Shown here piece after piece: positions 22,849-37,612 of a stretch of DNA of 64,000 bases; positions within the stretch are counted from its first letter, which is position 1; each line of letters begins with the position of its first letter. The translations under genes were made by a program, and so were the position numbers. The notes under the pieces are model-generated. The model saw only the letters and a list, made by a program, of their open reading frames with translations. It made no database searches and was not told the origin of the DNA. Source of the stretch: Azolla caroliniana. Taxonomy: Eukaryota > Plantae > Polypodiophyta. The DNA is taken from NCBI GenBank assembly GCA_043228905.1, contig JBHGNT010000011.1:19778001-19842000 (forward strand), written 5' to 3'.

Positions 22849-25800
22849 ATGGGCAACTCTCATTCCGGCACTCCACACAGCCACCGGCATGTCCTTCCTG
22901 CTAATCACTTCCACCTGTATCATCGGATGACTTTCGGCGACAAGATCTTGTTCCGAGTAAGCTGCACATGCATGAATCCTCCTCCTCAATGCTCATCATC
23001 ATCACCTAATGTTTGTATACTACTACTACGTGATAGTATACAATATTGGGACTAAAAGGACATTGGCTTTGATGCCATTATTGCATATATAATTGTATAC
23101 TAGCTGTGCACTTATGGGTTATCCCCAGTTAGTTGAATTGTTTAAGGTCTAATAATGATATGATTAAATATTATCACCAATGAGTGACAGACAGTCTGCT
23201 AATCAGCTAATTTGGAATAATGTTGTTTTACATGAGCAGATTGTTCATTTTGTGGACAAGCACATAACATTTTGGAAGCTACCTGTAGTGCTGGGACTAG
23301 CATATTTGGAAATAAGAAGGGGCCTTCATCAAAGATACAATTTACTGGATGTGCCAGACACAGCATCCTCGAATCAAGATTTGACGAACACGAAGATAGA
23401 CCCTTTCTTTGGACGTAATGTGCCTTCGGATTACCAAAGAAGTGAGGTATATTTGTAAACACCAGTTATAATTATATGGGTTATCCTGGATTGCCTGCAT
23501 TGGGCTTATAATTATATGGGTTAATGGTTGGTTGCTAACTTACATGGTTTTGTTGGAATTTGGAAAGAGTTTTTACCAGACGCTTTACATAGTAGTATAA
23601 TAAAATTGAAAGATTCTAACGGGAAATGATGGTAATCATTGAAAATAAGGTTGAATGGTTTTTTGTGAAATAAATAGATCCTGGACCCTCATCCAACGTT
23701 GGTTGCTTCCAATCTTCTGGTTCGAGAGAAATTGACAGACACGGGATTGCAATTTAACTTACTTGCCGCAAGTTGGATTCAATTCATGATTCACGATTGG
23801 GTGGATCATCTTGAAGCCACAGACCAAGTAATATGTTGGCTCAAACTATTACAGTATCATTCTCAATGGTTTTGTGCTAAATAACAAAAATTTGAATACA
23901 TAGTTTTCATATCTCCCTTCAATCTTCTAAGTTCATTACACAGAAAACTGTGTTAATTGTAATGCAATATACTTCAAGCAAGTCACATGTAGCTCACATG
24001 ATCTATAATTCAACAAAATTATTATATTGTAGGCACCTGTAGAAATCAGGGCTCCGGAACATCTTTCGTCATGTCCAATGGCTTCTTACAAGTTCTTTGC
24101 CTCAAAGGAATTTCCTGCTGGGCCTAACAGCAATGACATACGTATTGGATACAGAAACATACGAACACCTCGATGGTTAGTACAATTAGCATCCTAAATG
24201 ACATGACGATGATTAACGTTAGGTTTAACATTTAATGTATTTTTGCATGTTCACCACATGAGATCAAACGTTTCCACCATCTTTAATAAAGACGTATTAA
24301 TGGTTTGTCCTAATGTGAATGATCAAAATTTAATGCCATACTAAATGACATGACGATGATTAACGTTAGGTTTAATATTTAGTATGCATTTTCACCATCT
24401 TTAATAAAGACACATTAATGGTTTCTCCTAATGTGAATGATGTGCTCCAAGAACTAATTCTACTTTCTCTGTGATCTTAAACAGGGATGGTAGTGTGATA
24501 TATGGTAGTAACAATACGGTATTGCAACGAGTTCGCACCTTCATTGATGGTAAACTCAAGATTTCCGAGGACGGCCTCTTAGAGTATGACCACGATGGGC
24601 TGCTTATTAGTGGTGATGTGCGAAACACTTGGGTTGGGATGATCGTTCTCCAATCATTGTTTGTTAGTGAGCACAATGCAATATGTGACTTGCTGAAGGT
24701 ACAACAACATCTCCTGATTATATATTAGGGTTTTCTAGTAGGATACCTACTAGTTCCTTCATCTAATGGTAACAAACTTATTTATTAATCATATGTATAC
24801 TTTTATATTTGTATATAGCAACACCACTCAGAGTTCGATGATGAACAACTCTATAAACATGCAAGGCTAGTCACATCAGCTACGATTGCTAAGATCCACA
24901 CTATTGATTGGACAGTGGAACTACTCAAGATGGACACATTATATCTTGGAATGAGGACCAATTGGTAAAAAATATCAACATAACATTAACGCCATATATC
25001 TATATCATTTTGTACTTACATGGTGGCGATATATGGTTGGTGCCATTAGCACACCATGAAATTTATATTTATATGCATATTGATTGGATTAGTGAGAGAC
25101 AAGGTAAAAGCAGTTTATTAGGAGAGAATAATGATGTAATGTGAGCCCCTTTTTGTTTACTAAAACCCATAATTTGCAATTTTACTATAGGTATGGGTTA
25201 CTTGGGAAATGGTTCAAGGACACATTTGGACATACTGGAAGTTCTCTCTTGAGCGGTTTTATAGGGATGCCAAATCCGGAGGATCATGGAGTGCCCTACT
25301 CGCTCACTGAAGAGTTTGTGTCAGTTTATCGAATGCATGCGCTACTACCCGATTCCATTGATGTAAGGAACATCAAACATCCTCAAGAACGGCGCAAAGA
25401 TGAAAGCCCACCTATTCGTAAAACGTTAGTTCGCTTAGTACAATGATTCTCGAGTTAGTTCTTTTCTTTTTAACATGTCATATTTCTAGAGACGAAGATG
25501 TGCATTAGCTTGTTGAGAAACTTAATTCATCTTTGTGGAGGCATTGTTACTTTTGTGACTAGCATGCATGATTGATTGTATGTATCTTTTTATGCTTTTA
25601 GAATAAACATGCCAAATCTTGTCGGTTCTAAAGCACGTGCTGGCTTAGAGGATATTGGGAATGAAGACATGATAGTATCCATGGGCCATCAAGCATGTGG
25701 GGCTCTAAATTTGTGGAACTACCCCAAGTGGATGAGAGATCTGGTGCCACAAGATGTGACTGGTCGAGACAGGCCCGATAATGTGGATCTAGCCTCCCTC

Positions 25801-27015
25801 GAGAGTACGTTAAAAAGGAATCTGTATTTCAATCTCCGTGTTTTGTTTCCTTTGTATAGGAATTTCTGCACATTTTAGTTTTTTAGGTTGTGTCTTAATA
25901 TATTAGTATAGCTTTTCAATACATACTTATCTCCTTAGTTTTGGAAAGATAGGTAGTGATAGATGTTGTACTTACTTTCTAGAATTAATAAGATTAGGGG
26001 CAAGAAAACTAGAGATGTAAAGGTATGTAAAGTTGAATAATGGAATTAAAAGTAGATAACTAATCATTTAAGAATTTGACCTTTTACACTAGTTGGATGG
26101 GTTACTCAAAAGTTGGGTCCTCACTTGATCATATAGCTTGAATAGTTTGTTCATATATTAACTTTTGATCACAAGAAATCTGTGTTGTCGGTACCACTAT
26201 AATAAGGATGCCTAACGTGAATGTACGAAACCCAGAGAGAAGTTGCTAGATTATTTTTTGAATGTGATTTTGTACTAACGAATTTGTCAAACATAAACAT
26301 GGTGATACTGAAGAAAAAAAAAGATTTATGTCAATTCAAATGTCGATTCTAGACTAGCATAGCAATAAATTATTCATTACCCAATTGTTTATATTTGTTT
26401 ATGTTAACCATATATTGAAATGTTTGATGCAGTTTATAGAGATCGAGAAAGAGGTGTGCCAAGGTACAACGAGTTTCGTCGGAGGTTGCTCTTAATACCG
26501 ATCTCGAATTGGGAAGATCTAGCCAATGACGAGACAACCATAAAGGCCCTTCAAGAAGTGTATGGCAATGACGTCGAGAAGCTAGACCTTCTTGTTGGAC
26601 TGATGGCGGAGAGAAAGCCTACAGGTTATGCCATCAGTGAGACTGCATTCGTGATCTTCTTGCTCATGGCATCAAGGTAACTACGAGCCCTTCATAAAAT
26701 TGAACCTATATGTCCGAGATTTCTATTGCTCTCAAACATTAACATAATTTTGTTTTACTCTTGTGGCATTTTGATCGATGGTAATGTAGGCGTCTAGAGT
26801 CGGACAAGTCTTTCACAACCGACTTCAACGAGAAAGTGTACACAAAGGAGGGCTTAGCATGGGTTAATAACACGGAGAGTTTAAAGGATGTGTTATTGCG
26901 CCATCACCCGGAGATAGTGGCGAATTGGTTGAATCATGGGATTAGTGCATTTTCTGTATGGAAATCCAAGCCGAAACCATGTAACCCGATACCCATCTAC
27001 TTCCGGATCCCATAA
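22849..27015 (+). CDS. DOX: Alpha-dioxygenase (heme peroxidase-cyclooxygenase family), 10 exons, ~624 aa
   Basis: Exons 22849-22956, 23240-23446, 23678-23827, 24033-24175, 24485-24698, 24819-24964, 25191-25424, 25602-25804, 26433-26676, 26790-27015 total 1875 nt in frame. Motifs: AASWIQFMIHDWVDH, AKIHTIDWTVELLK, HGVPYSLTEEFVSVYRMH, YRDRERGVPRYNEFRR, LMASRRLE. Confidence 0.95.
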
Positions 27016-27782
27016 GGCATTGATGATGATATCGTGTGAATCGTAGTGTTTTCACATTAAAAGGGCTTTTGTGGCCACCAAAATAAATTGTTTTTATTGT
27101 AAGAAACCACATCATAATAAACTTTGACAAAGAAATTAGAGCTACATTTGATCATAATGTTGACAAATATCAATTTGTCCATTTTTAATAACAAGCGTCA
27201 TTCACAATGTAAAGTATCATTTTGGTACTCTTTTTTTGGAACTTGAAATACCTCGTGCTCAAAATCTTTCTCTTTCTCGGTGTTGTACCGACCTTCTCGG
27301 TGCATCTCATAATGTTTTATAACTCTTCATTTGACTTTGACAATCAAAAGATGCAAAATTAGGGCATGTTTATTCCAAACTCGCATTTAATATTCAATAA
27401 GATTCCATAAACTGAATAGAAATTTTATCGGGCATTAAGTTGTTATACAATGTTGTGTAATGTAGTGCTTCACACAATCGATTGTCTCAACACATTAAAT
27501 ATATATTTACTTTTACAAGCTGATGACCTTGTGCACCAAACTATTCCTCTCTTACCAAGATTTCGAATAAAAAGCTAGATACTAGTAGTTCATTACCAAG
27601 ATTTCTGATAAAAAGCTAGAGAGTAGGGTCAATTACCAAGAGTTTGAATAAAAAGCTAGAGCAAGTCTAACTAGTTATGAGCATGAATGTTGACATCATC
27701 AGCAACCTCTACACACATATTCAAAAAGTAAATCCTCTATATGTGAGAAAATATCCAAAATAAATAAATATGTGTATAAAGT

Positions 27783-28440
27783 TCAAAAACAAGAGGATTT
27801 AAAAATTATTTCGATTATGTTTGATGCATGTGCGACTCTTTCGTGACACCTACACAACCTGTCTTGATGATTTAAAGAGACATTTAATTTCTCCAATGGG
27901 AAATCAAGTAGAAAACAAAATATCAATATACTAAATAATTGACATGCATGTAAAGTTACAAAACAAGAGGAATTAAAAATGATTTCGATTATGTTTGATG
28001 CATGTGCGACTCTTCCGTGACACCTACACAATAGGTCTTGATGATTTAAAAGAGACATTTAACTTCTCCAATGGGAAATCAAGTAGAAACACAAAATATC
28101 AGTATACTAAATAATTGACATGCGTGTAGAGTTACAAAACAATAGCATTTAAAAATGACGTGTGACGTAGATTTATTTATTTTTTCCCCAAAAAAAGAAG
28201 ACGTAGATTACATTTGATGCATGTGCAACTCTTTCATGTGTCACCTAAACGACATGTCTTGATGATTCTTAAAGAGACATTCAATATCTCCAAAGGGAAA
28301 TCAATTAGAAGACAAAATATCAGTACACTAATCAATTAGAATTTATCTTGATAACTCTTAAAGAGACATTCAATATCTCCAAAGGGAAATCAATTAGAAG
28401 ACAAAATATCAGCACACTAATCAATTAGAATTTAGAAGAC
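27783..28440. repeat. Diverged ~172-bp tandem repeats plus partial copies
   Basis: TTTGATGCATGTGCGACTCTT...AAAGAGACATT...GGGAAATCAA recurs at ~27820, 27993 and 28213; partial copy at 28360. Confidence 0.8.
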
Positions 28441-30501
28441 ACACTCGATTTCTTGAAGGCTAATTTTGGAAAAATAAAACAAAATATAAATTAACTAGAA
28501 AACAAAATATCCATATACTAAACAAATATTTGACATGTCCTAAATGAATGATAACCAATATTTTAGTATACCAATATGTATGTGTACATGATTTTTCAGG
28601 TGTTTTTGGGCATTTGAGGTCAGCCCCAAAGTTATGAGAATTACTGTAAGTGTCTACATTTTTTTGTCCTGATCTTGTTTCGGAAAGGCCTTGTTCTGGG
28701 AAGTTTTCTGTGCAGATACACTATTGTTTCGTAGCAACAAACCTCTGGATCAATTACCAGAAACACAGAATCGGTAACTCTTTTATGTGTTTTTGCCATG
28801 ACGAAGGCACAAGGAAATTGAATCATCATATCAGCAAGTAGGCTTAATATCTATTATTCTCTTCAAGGGGCTTACTGATGATGCTCAAGAGAGGGAAGTG
28901 AGTTATACAATATTTTTGTTGCCATGACTTCTGGAACTGCTACAGTGGAGTAAAGCCACTTCTAATAAGATTGACTAAGTAAAGCCACTTCAATTTTGTA
29001 TAGTTGGCTGCTGTTTTCTTGAACCTGTTAACTCTATTAGATGCTTGTGAATAAGTGGATTTCCTTTACTCACCTACGTATGATGATGATGATGATACTA
29101 TTAATCTCAGCCATGAGAGAAAAAATCTTTATGCTTTATTTTTGCTGTCACAATGACAAGCCTGGTTCTTAATGTTACATGGGGGATACTTCTTGTGAGT
29201 ATTTGATTGCACTTTCCTTCTGAGGTTAAAAAAATAGCAAATCTATTTGACTTCTAGCATGGGATATAACCATTCATGAGATACTGAGATGTATTTTTGT
29301 TAATAAGGTTGTGTAACTATCCAAAAACTGTTAATGAGTCTTTGCTGATGAGTCATGTACCAAAGACTTGTCAAAAATTCAAGTTCAGTGACATGTCAAA
29401 TTTAGGTTTGGACATTCAATTTCTGCAAAAACAAGACTGATATATAAGTATTTGAGAAGCAATATTCATATGCAAATGTTGCAAACCTTTATTTACTCCA
29501 GTAGAAACCAGTTTGAAATGATGCATATAATGCAGGAGAAACCTTTTGATAAGAGTTCAATATGATCTCTATCTCTAGCATGGCTTCCTTCCATACATTA
29601 AGAAATTCCCTAGGTCAGAAAATTTATGAAAAGGCGAGATGCTAAATGATAGCAATTTAAGAAGAATCCTGAGATGTTTCCGAAGGAGAGCAAAGCGGAT
29701 GCTGTGGATTATGAGGAGATGGTGAGGGTGGGATAGAGAACATAAATAAGCCTGTTTAATGGGGCACCCAAAAATCAGCCACTCTTAGAAAGAGAGACTT
29801 GAACAAGGTTTCAAGATGAAGTGGATGAGACATCTTCTTGAAAAGGGCTTGTCAAAGCAAACAAGGTCAAAATTTTGGTCAATAGAGCAAAACTAAACTA
29901 AACTAAAAGTAATCAAAACATCAACCCTAAAGAGGGTGTAGAAAATGGAAAAAATAATAGCAATATACATAGAGGGCTTGTAGAAGTATCAACAAGAAAG
30001 GGGCTATAGTAGTGATATGTTAGGTCAAATGCTACTCTTAGCAAAACCCAATACAATAGTTTGTTGCAATGCACATCTTCAGGGATGGCCTCACATAAGA
30101 GTTGTTGTCCATCGAGATCGAGATGGAGGTTCGTCATGTTGCCTTAAGAGTCCACGGTGAAATTGGTCATTCCAATTGACATCACAAGGAAGTTGGTGGA
30201 ACTCCGATGTGTATATCAAAGCTACACGATATTTGTGATGTACCTTTTCCACAAAACAGAATTATTGTTGTGCATTGAGTTGCATTTTCATTAATGAATA
30301 CATTCACATTTGTTCAGCCTCCACTTCCTAATAGCATTAAATATGCATCCCCATTTTTATTGCAATACTACCATGGATATATCAAATAGAAAACAATTGA
30401 GGATATCTCATTCTTGCATATACTGTCTTTTGGCCCAAGCATCCAAAAAGTCTTGTGTAAGAAGACTACCCATAAAACTACAAGCAAAATCAAGTTGTGA
30501 A

Positions 30502-30908
30502 TAACAATCGGCAATGGTTTGGTTTGAACCGAACCGAACCATGAAACCATGGCTTAATGGTTTAAACGGTTCAGGTTTGGTTTTTTAAAAACGGTTTGGT
30601 TTGGTTTCAACAGTTAGAAACCGTAGTTTAAACAGTTAAACGGTTTTTTACTTTTTATTTTGTAAAAATTTAAAAAATTGTTTTTAAACAATCTTTTCAT
30701 TTTCATGCCTTATTCTCACATTTTAGGAAAATCTTTAAAATTTTGACCTAAGCGGAAAACCGAAACCGAACCATGAAACCGCGGTTTACCAGTTTAATGG
30801 CTTAACAGTTTGAAAAAATTTAATGGTTCGGTTTGGTTCAAGTTTTTAAAATTTTTAACGGTTCAGTTTTGACCCTCTCGAACCGAACTGAACCGTTGCC
30901 GATTGTTA
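30502..30908. mobile_element. 407-bp non-autonomous hAT derivative (MITE)
   Basis: TIRs TAACAATCGGCAATGG / CCGTTGCCGATTGTTA; 8-bp TSD GTTGTGAA / GTTCTGAA; subterminal AACCG repeats. Same ends as the element at 55956-61460. Confidence 0.9.
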
Positions 30909-31531
30909 GTTCTGAAGTCTCATTCAACAATTTTGAGATACGCTCCTTTTACAAGACTTTATGATTGAATATAGAAGGTGAAGATCCATCATCAACGCTT
31001 TAATCATAAAATTCTTAGAGCAAACAAGTGGATGATTGGAAACTAAAAAAGGTAATTTTGCTTATCATATTAAGAAAGGATGTATTGGTAAGATATGCAT
31101 TTATTTCCTCCTTTTAACAACATAGGAAAACTCTTAAGCCTTGGATGGTGAAAAACATGGAACTCCATATGAGAAAGTGATAATAACTCCCCATGTCTAT
31201 CTCTCTTGCTCTTCACCTATCACATTTCATGATCTACTCAACTTGATAAGTCAAGCTTGAGTCTCTCTCTCTCTCTCAGAGGATGAATATCACTTGCTCT
31301 TCACATGCTTGGCATATAGTGTAGTTCATTCAAGATATGATGACATATTAAGAGGGAGTGATAACTTAAGTGCCATACTTAAGATACCACCTAGAAGGTA
31401 GAGCTCATATGTGTACGCCTTAAATACTTCATATGAATAGCCCTTTTAGGAAGGAGACACATATCAAGAACACATGTATACTCTGGTCCCATAGGTCAAA
31501 CTTGCCTCTTTATGGACGATAAAAAATTTCT

Positions 31532-31564
<33 letters not shown>

Positions 31565-34010
31565 CCAAATCTATAAATAATGACCAATAAAACAAAGAGA
31601 AGGATCGTTCTTTGCAATGGTGTGGATCCACCTAGGCACACAATGCTTTGTATGTGAAGATCATATCTCGGCACAACAAAATTCTCATTGTAAAGTATGT
31701 GAGGGGGAAATAGAATAGTAATCTCAAGGATATACTTCATGGTATAAATATTAAACATGCAATGGCAATGAAGTATCTTGAAGAATTAAGAACTTGCAAG
31801 TTGCAACATATGGGACTAGCACATGACTTCTATGGATACCCATAGAATGTGGCCATTGGTGTAAATAAGCTAGAGAGTTAAATGGATATTATACTTCCTA
31901 TTAAAACATAAGAACATGTTGCTAGGATTCAATGTTTGGGCAATATAGATTGCAAGCTTTTTAATATTTGATTTAGCCAATGAGAAGAATGATGGTATAT
32001 TTAATTTACCAGGGATTAGAAGTTTACATTCTAATTGTCATAGTTGATGAGTTCTATATGACTGAAAATAATAATTCCAAATGACAATTCTTGTTTTTAG
32101 AGTAGATGCCGCTCTCCTCATCGTGATTCTAGTTTTCATGATTTTTTTGGATAAAGATCAATATTTTGTTACTCAAGAAGATGAGATTGCTCATTTCAAA
32201 GCCAAGGTTAAGGTTATTGTCTTTGGTCGCATGGATGCTAGTATAAAAACTTTGCACATGACACATACCTAGATGATGTGAGAGGATTCTCTCTCTCTCT
32301 CTCTCTCTCTCTCATGTATTTACAAATTTTGTGGTGAAGAAGAAACAAAAAAAGAGAGGTGGTATGTTTCTTTTAGTCCTCCCTAACTTTAGGGTATGCC
32401 TTCAAATAATTAGCCTTCACAAGAAGGTTAGTTGTCCACCTCTATGTGGGCATGCAGTTGACAATTAAAATCATGTTAATATTGATGAGTTATGCTCTTA
32501 GATAAAAGAGAGGGTTTTAATACTGTTTTTTTTTTCTTTTGTGTTTTGATGCATGTCATCTCGAGCTTGGACAAATAGGCAATGTGCATTCATTACCTTT
32601 ACTTTTGCCACGTACTTGTGAACTTCCATCATTCCATTAGACACTCTCGTTGAATGGCTCTAGACTCTCTAATCCGTATCTTAGAGTTCTATTAGAAGGA
32701 GAGATGTGATACCGAATGTTGGTTGTACATAACCTCGTTTATTTCTTACAAATATTGATTGATTACCAGGATCAAAGTTGTACATTGAAGTTCATGTTCC
32801 GAATCCTTGCGGGAAGAGAGCATATATTTAAGATAAATATATACATGAAGGTTAAAAATATACATATAATTTTAGCCTTCGTAGGTGCGGTCGTATTTAT
32901 TGTGTATGTCATGTATGTATGTATGTATGTATGTCAATAGGTTAAGCCTTGAGGGTCAGAGGCTCATTTATGATTACTGATAAAAAAAAGGTTAATTTGT
33001 TGGAAGTTGTGGGATGGAATCAATAAACACCAATAGATTAACGTAAGAAAACCAAAAATGGAAAGTAAGAGAGATATTTTTTTTTGGGTTTTTTTTTTTT
33101 TTTGTGGAAATTCAAAATCGACATTTTCTGTGTCTGTGCTTCTTTCCTGGACGAGCGCTTCTGTGTTAAGTGGAAAGAATTTGTGTTCTCCGTTTGTGCC
33201 TGTATTGTGGAAGCCAAATAAGAGGTATTGCAAGTAGAACCCTTCTCTAATTTTTTTTCTGTTTTTTCCTCATATGTCTTTATGTTTTCTATCTCCAATG
33301 TCATCATCTCTATCATTTCTGTTTTTTTCTCTGTTTTTATTCTCATATGTCTCCAAACAATGATGATAACAATCTCATTTCTTAGCTTGGACTTCTCATT
33401 TTGTTGACCTAGATACAGAAATACGATTTGAGATAATCTTCACTAACATTTAAGTAACATATATTACTGAGGGGATATTTGAATTTGAAGATAGAAGGCT
33501 TACATAGATAGAGATATCTGAAACATTGACATTGAGCCATAAAAAGGGAAATAGAAAATTGGCACGGATAGATAGGAGAAACGAGCACTAGGAGAAAATA
33601 CTAAAGTGGCTAAGTAAAACATGAACTTATGTTCCCTTATACCAATTTTTGTTTGCATATTTACTCTAGTTTTTATTTTCGTGGTTTCAATCTTTAATAT
33701 CAAACCTGAATATTATGTGGGGTTAGGGGCATGAAAGATGTTCGATTTAAATAGAAGTTCATCACATTGTTCTACCTCTCATGCATTTGAGGATGAAGTT
33801 ATGAATGCTTTGCATGATGCTTGGGTGGTGATTCAATCAGTTTTGCCAGATTTGATTCTCATTCCTAAATCCATATTTTTACTCATTCCTATATTCATAT
33901 TTGTACACCGTTGAATGGTAACTTTGTTCGGTGCCTTTTGTAGGGTCCATGGACATGAGAAGATGTTGATGCCTTTTTGCAACTAGGGAGGTTGACACGA
34001 ATATTGAATT

Positions 34011-34148
34011 TTCAGTTTCAACTTCTGTAAATACACAAACTCGAATATTGTATCTTCAGTTTCAACTTCTATAAATACACAAACTCGAATATTGTATCTT
34101 CAGTTTCAACTTCTGTAAATACTCAAACTTGAATATTGTATCTTCAGT
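34011..34148. repeat. 44-bp tandem repeat x3
   Basis: TTCAGTTTCAACTTCTGTAAATACACAAACTCGAATATTGTATC repeated. Confidence 0.85.
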
Positions 34149-34984
34149 GTTATGTAATGGAGCATTTACATTAATTGTCTACACTTTGTATCTTCACTTT
34201 CCAACATTGTATCTTCACTTTTGAATATATCTGTGTTGTGTGGTCTTGTATGGTTTTCTGCAATGATGCTTTTTAGATTTGTGGAATATGGTCATGTTTT
34301 ACTATTTGAAATGATGCATTTGAGATCTAGTGATGTTTATGGTTTGAGATACATGTATATTATGTTTCGAGATAATATATATAATATGGTCGTTTGCGTG
34401 AGATATATCTAGTATGGTCTGGGCAATATCAAAAAAATAGCTGAGGTTTGAGAAGAAGTCACAGAAAGGAGAGGAAGAGTAATAGAAAAAAATCTTCATG
34501 TGCTGGGGTGACATCAACAAAATTTTCGTAATCCAAACCTTTAATAGATGGATAAAACGAGTCTGGATACTTTTTTCGGATCCCTCGTGCTTTTCTTTTT
34601 CGCCGGGCATTCGATTCTCACCAATGTTTGCATTACTCAAGCTGACATTCTCCCTTCCGCTTCGTCCACACCTGCTTGCACTGGTTCTTTTACCTAGTAT
34701 GGAACGCCCCCCTACCGATGTATTTTGACAAGGATCTGTTTGACAGGTACACAATCTGTTCACGTTTAAATCACGTATTGATTCATTGGAGATCTATGTA
34801 ATATGCATCTTTAAGTCTTTAAAATGTCTTGTGTTATATATGTGAAGCCTTGAAGGATGCATTTGAAAGCATAGGTAATGCAATCAATTGGACTTGTTCT
34901 TTTAGAGGTGAGACTAAGCATACCAAGGTAACCAAGGTCTGGTGAGGTCAAGGAGGGGTTGCTCTGCCCTTGCAGAAGCTCCTG

Positions 34985-35165
34985 ATGTTGTAGTATTCAT
35001 TTCAGTGGAATGGTAACGGGAAAATGTCCAAAAAACCTTCGCAATCTTGATGTTGTAGTGTTCATTTGAGTGGGATGGTAATGGGAAAATGTCCAAAAAA
35101 CCTTCTTAATCTTGACATAGTAGTGTTCATTTGAGTGGAATGGTAATGGTAAAATGTCCAAAATC
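34985..35165. repeat. ~64-bp tandem repeat x3
   Basis: GTAGTRTTCATTT.AGTGG.ATGGTAA.GG.AAAATGTCCAAAAA repeated three times. Confidence 0.8.
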
Positions 35166-37051
35166 TACTACTTTTGATGCTCAGAGGGTTTCGGATGGAT
35201 GCGAGTTTATACCAAAAAGCCGTGGAAGACAGATTGGATTCGTACTGCTGCCCATTGTGTTTTGGAATTGTGGTATATGAAGCTTGGAGCAGTACACAGG
35301 AAATTGTCACTGTGACTGGGCCCATGAACATATCTTGCAGACATGCTACTGTTCTTCCTCTCATAGTAATAGTTATGTTGCTTCATGCAATGACCTCTTC
35401 TTTGGACTATGGTTGGATGCCTTCCATAGGAGCCATCTCAAGGATTTGCTTTTCAAGATTTTCTGCACATTTTCAACTCACAAAAGAAAATCAATGGCTT
35501 TTTTAGTTATGGAACAATTTGCTCTGTTGCCATTGTCTGGGATCGAGTTCCCTGTCACACAGGGTCTCTTTCTCTCAAATTAATACATAATGCTTACATG
35601 GCTTTCTTGTTGATCTGCCATGGACGATGAAGAGCTGTTGTTCTTCCTTATGCCAATGAGAGATTTGAGCCATCTTGTGGTGGCGCCCATGGGGGGTCTA
35701 GTAGCTGAACCTGCACACAAGCAGAAGGTCCAATTATCCAACAAAATATACGTCAATTTGCAAATCAATTTAAGAGCTTAAGTTTTCATTGACCTCACTA
35801 ATAACAAATGAGCCATGGGATTTAATCAAAATTCAGAAAGTTTAACGTGGGGTTAACCTCATCACTCATGAGATGAACCATGAGATTAAAGTAAAGAGGG
35901 ATTACCGTGAGATGAACCACGACTCACTATTTCAAAAACGCCGTAGATATTCGATCAAACTAAAACAAAAATGAAGGTTAACATGAGATCAGATGTGTGA
36001 ATGATTAAAGAAACAAAGGAACAGGGAGGTTACATTCTTTTCAACATATGGGAATGGGGAAGAGATTAATCATGAGAGAAGGCTAGTACCTAACTTATTA
36101 GCTAACTAACTATCTGATTGATTGAAGAAGGGATTCAATGGATTGAGGTTCAATAAAGAACCCAAAAATATCAGATAGTTCTTATAGAATGGATTGACAG
36201 TTGAGGAACATGGAGAGAGAGAGAGAGAGATTCATTTTTTAATGTTCTGGGAGACTGATTGCGATCTATGGGAGTGGGCCTAGCCCTTGGTGAGGATTGC
36301 TTTTGGGTTTTCTCAAAATTATGTCTTTGATCCTAGAGTATAAACTACTAAACCAACGATCCGAGAGAGGAGAGATACACATCTTTCTTAATGTCTATGG
36401 GGGATGTTTAGGATCTTAGAGAGAATGAGAGAGATAGAAATATAATGAACTTGATAAAATGTGCTGACCATAGATTCATTACATGTCCATTTGTTGAGGG
36501 CGGGAAACTAGAGATTTACTTTTTCCCATTGTACCATGTTTTGTTTGACTACCTTTTGTTATTGGATGTGTTACTATTGGAGTAAGACAAATAGGTTATC
36601 ATTCGATAGTATCTATGGAGCACTATAGTAGGTACGTTGGCTGAAACGAAAAATCTGTTTGATAGTTTTCACAACTAGATCAAGCAGGCACAATATTAGT
36701 CATTCAGTTTTAAGTATAACCACATCTGAGAAGAGTGTAGCGTAACATAGGAATTCCTCATTATGATAGTAGGGGGGGAGATCAAAAGGTGTGTTTGGCT
36801 TCTATTGTCAATGGACCATCATGCAAAAGGTGTGGTTCGCATCTATCGTGTCAAGATCTCTAGTGTCGTATTAGGGACGGACAACAAACAGGTGTGTTTA
36901 GAATTGTGCATTGTAGAGCTAAACGTAAGAGGAGGGGGGGGGGGGGAAATGGCGACCAAAGTCATTCTTGAATGGTAAATGCACAAGGAGAAGAAGAGGA
37001 AGAAGAAGAAAAAGAAGAATGGAAGGAACGCTATATCTACTTGTTTTCTCC

Positions 37052-37082
<31 letters not shown>

Positions 37083-37612
37083 CAAGTATAGAGGAAGGAG
37101 TCCATTCATACATACATTATACATACATATATTTAGTTAACTACACATATGTAATAGGCAGGCAGGCAGAGAGAGAGAGAGAGAACCCTTCAATCTCTCT
37201 CTCTCTCTCTCCCTCCATATTTGTAGCTCTGCATATGGCCTTCGTAATTGAATTCCCCTGTTTTTCCTTCGATTCTGCTCTGTTCCACGTTTTAAGTTTT
37301 CCTTGGCCCCCTTCCTTCTTCTTCATTTATCGTTTTGTTGTCTCTAGCCGGTTGTCCTCTTCTTCTCAGGCTCTTATTCATTCCTAGAAACCTTCACAAG
37401 TCTCTCTCTATATACGTAGAAGTCAAAAAGATTATTCCTCTTCCTTTATATTCATCATCATCATCGAAACCGTTATGCAATTGAATACATACTCTGCCTT
37501 TATTTATATTTCTCTCTAGCCTTGCGAAGACTTGGCCTCTCATAGATTCAGTAGCTTGCTAAGCTCCTCTCTATTGTGCTAAAAGAAAATAATTCTGTAA
37601 TTCACCCCAATC

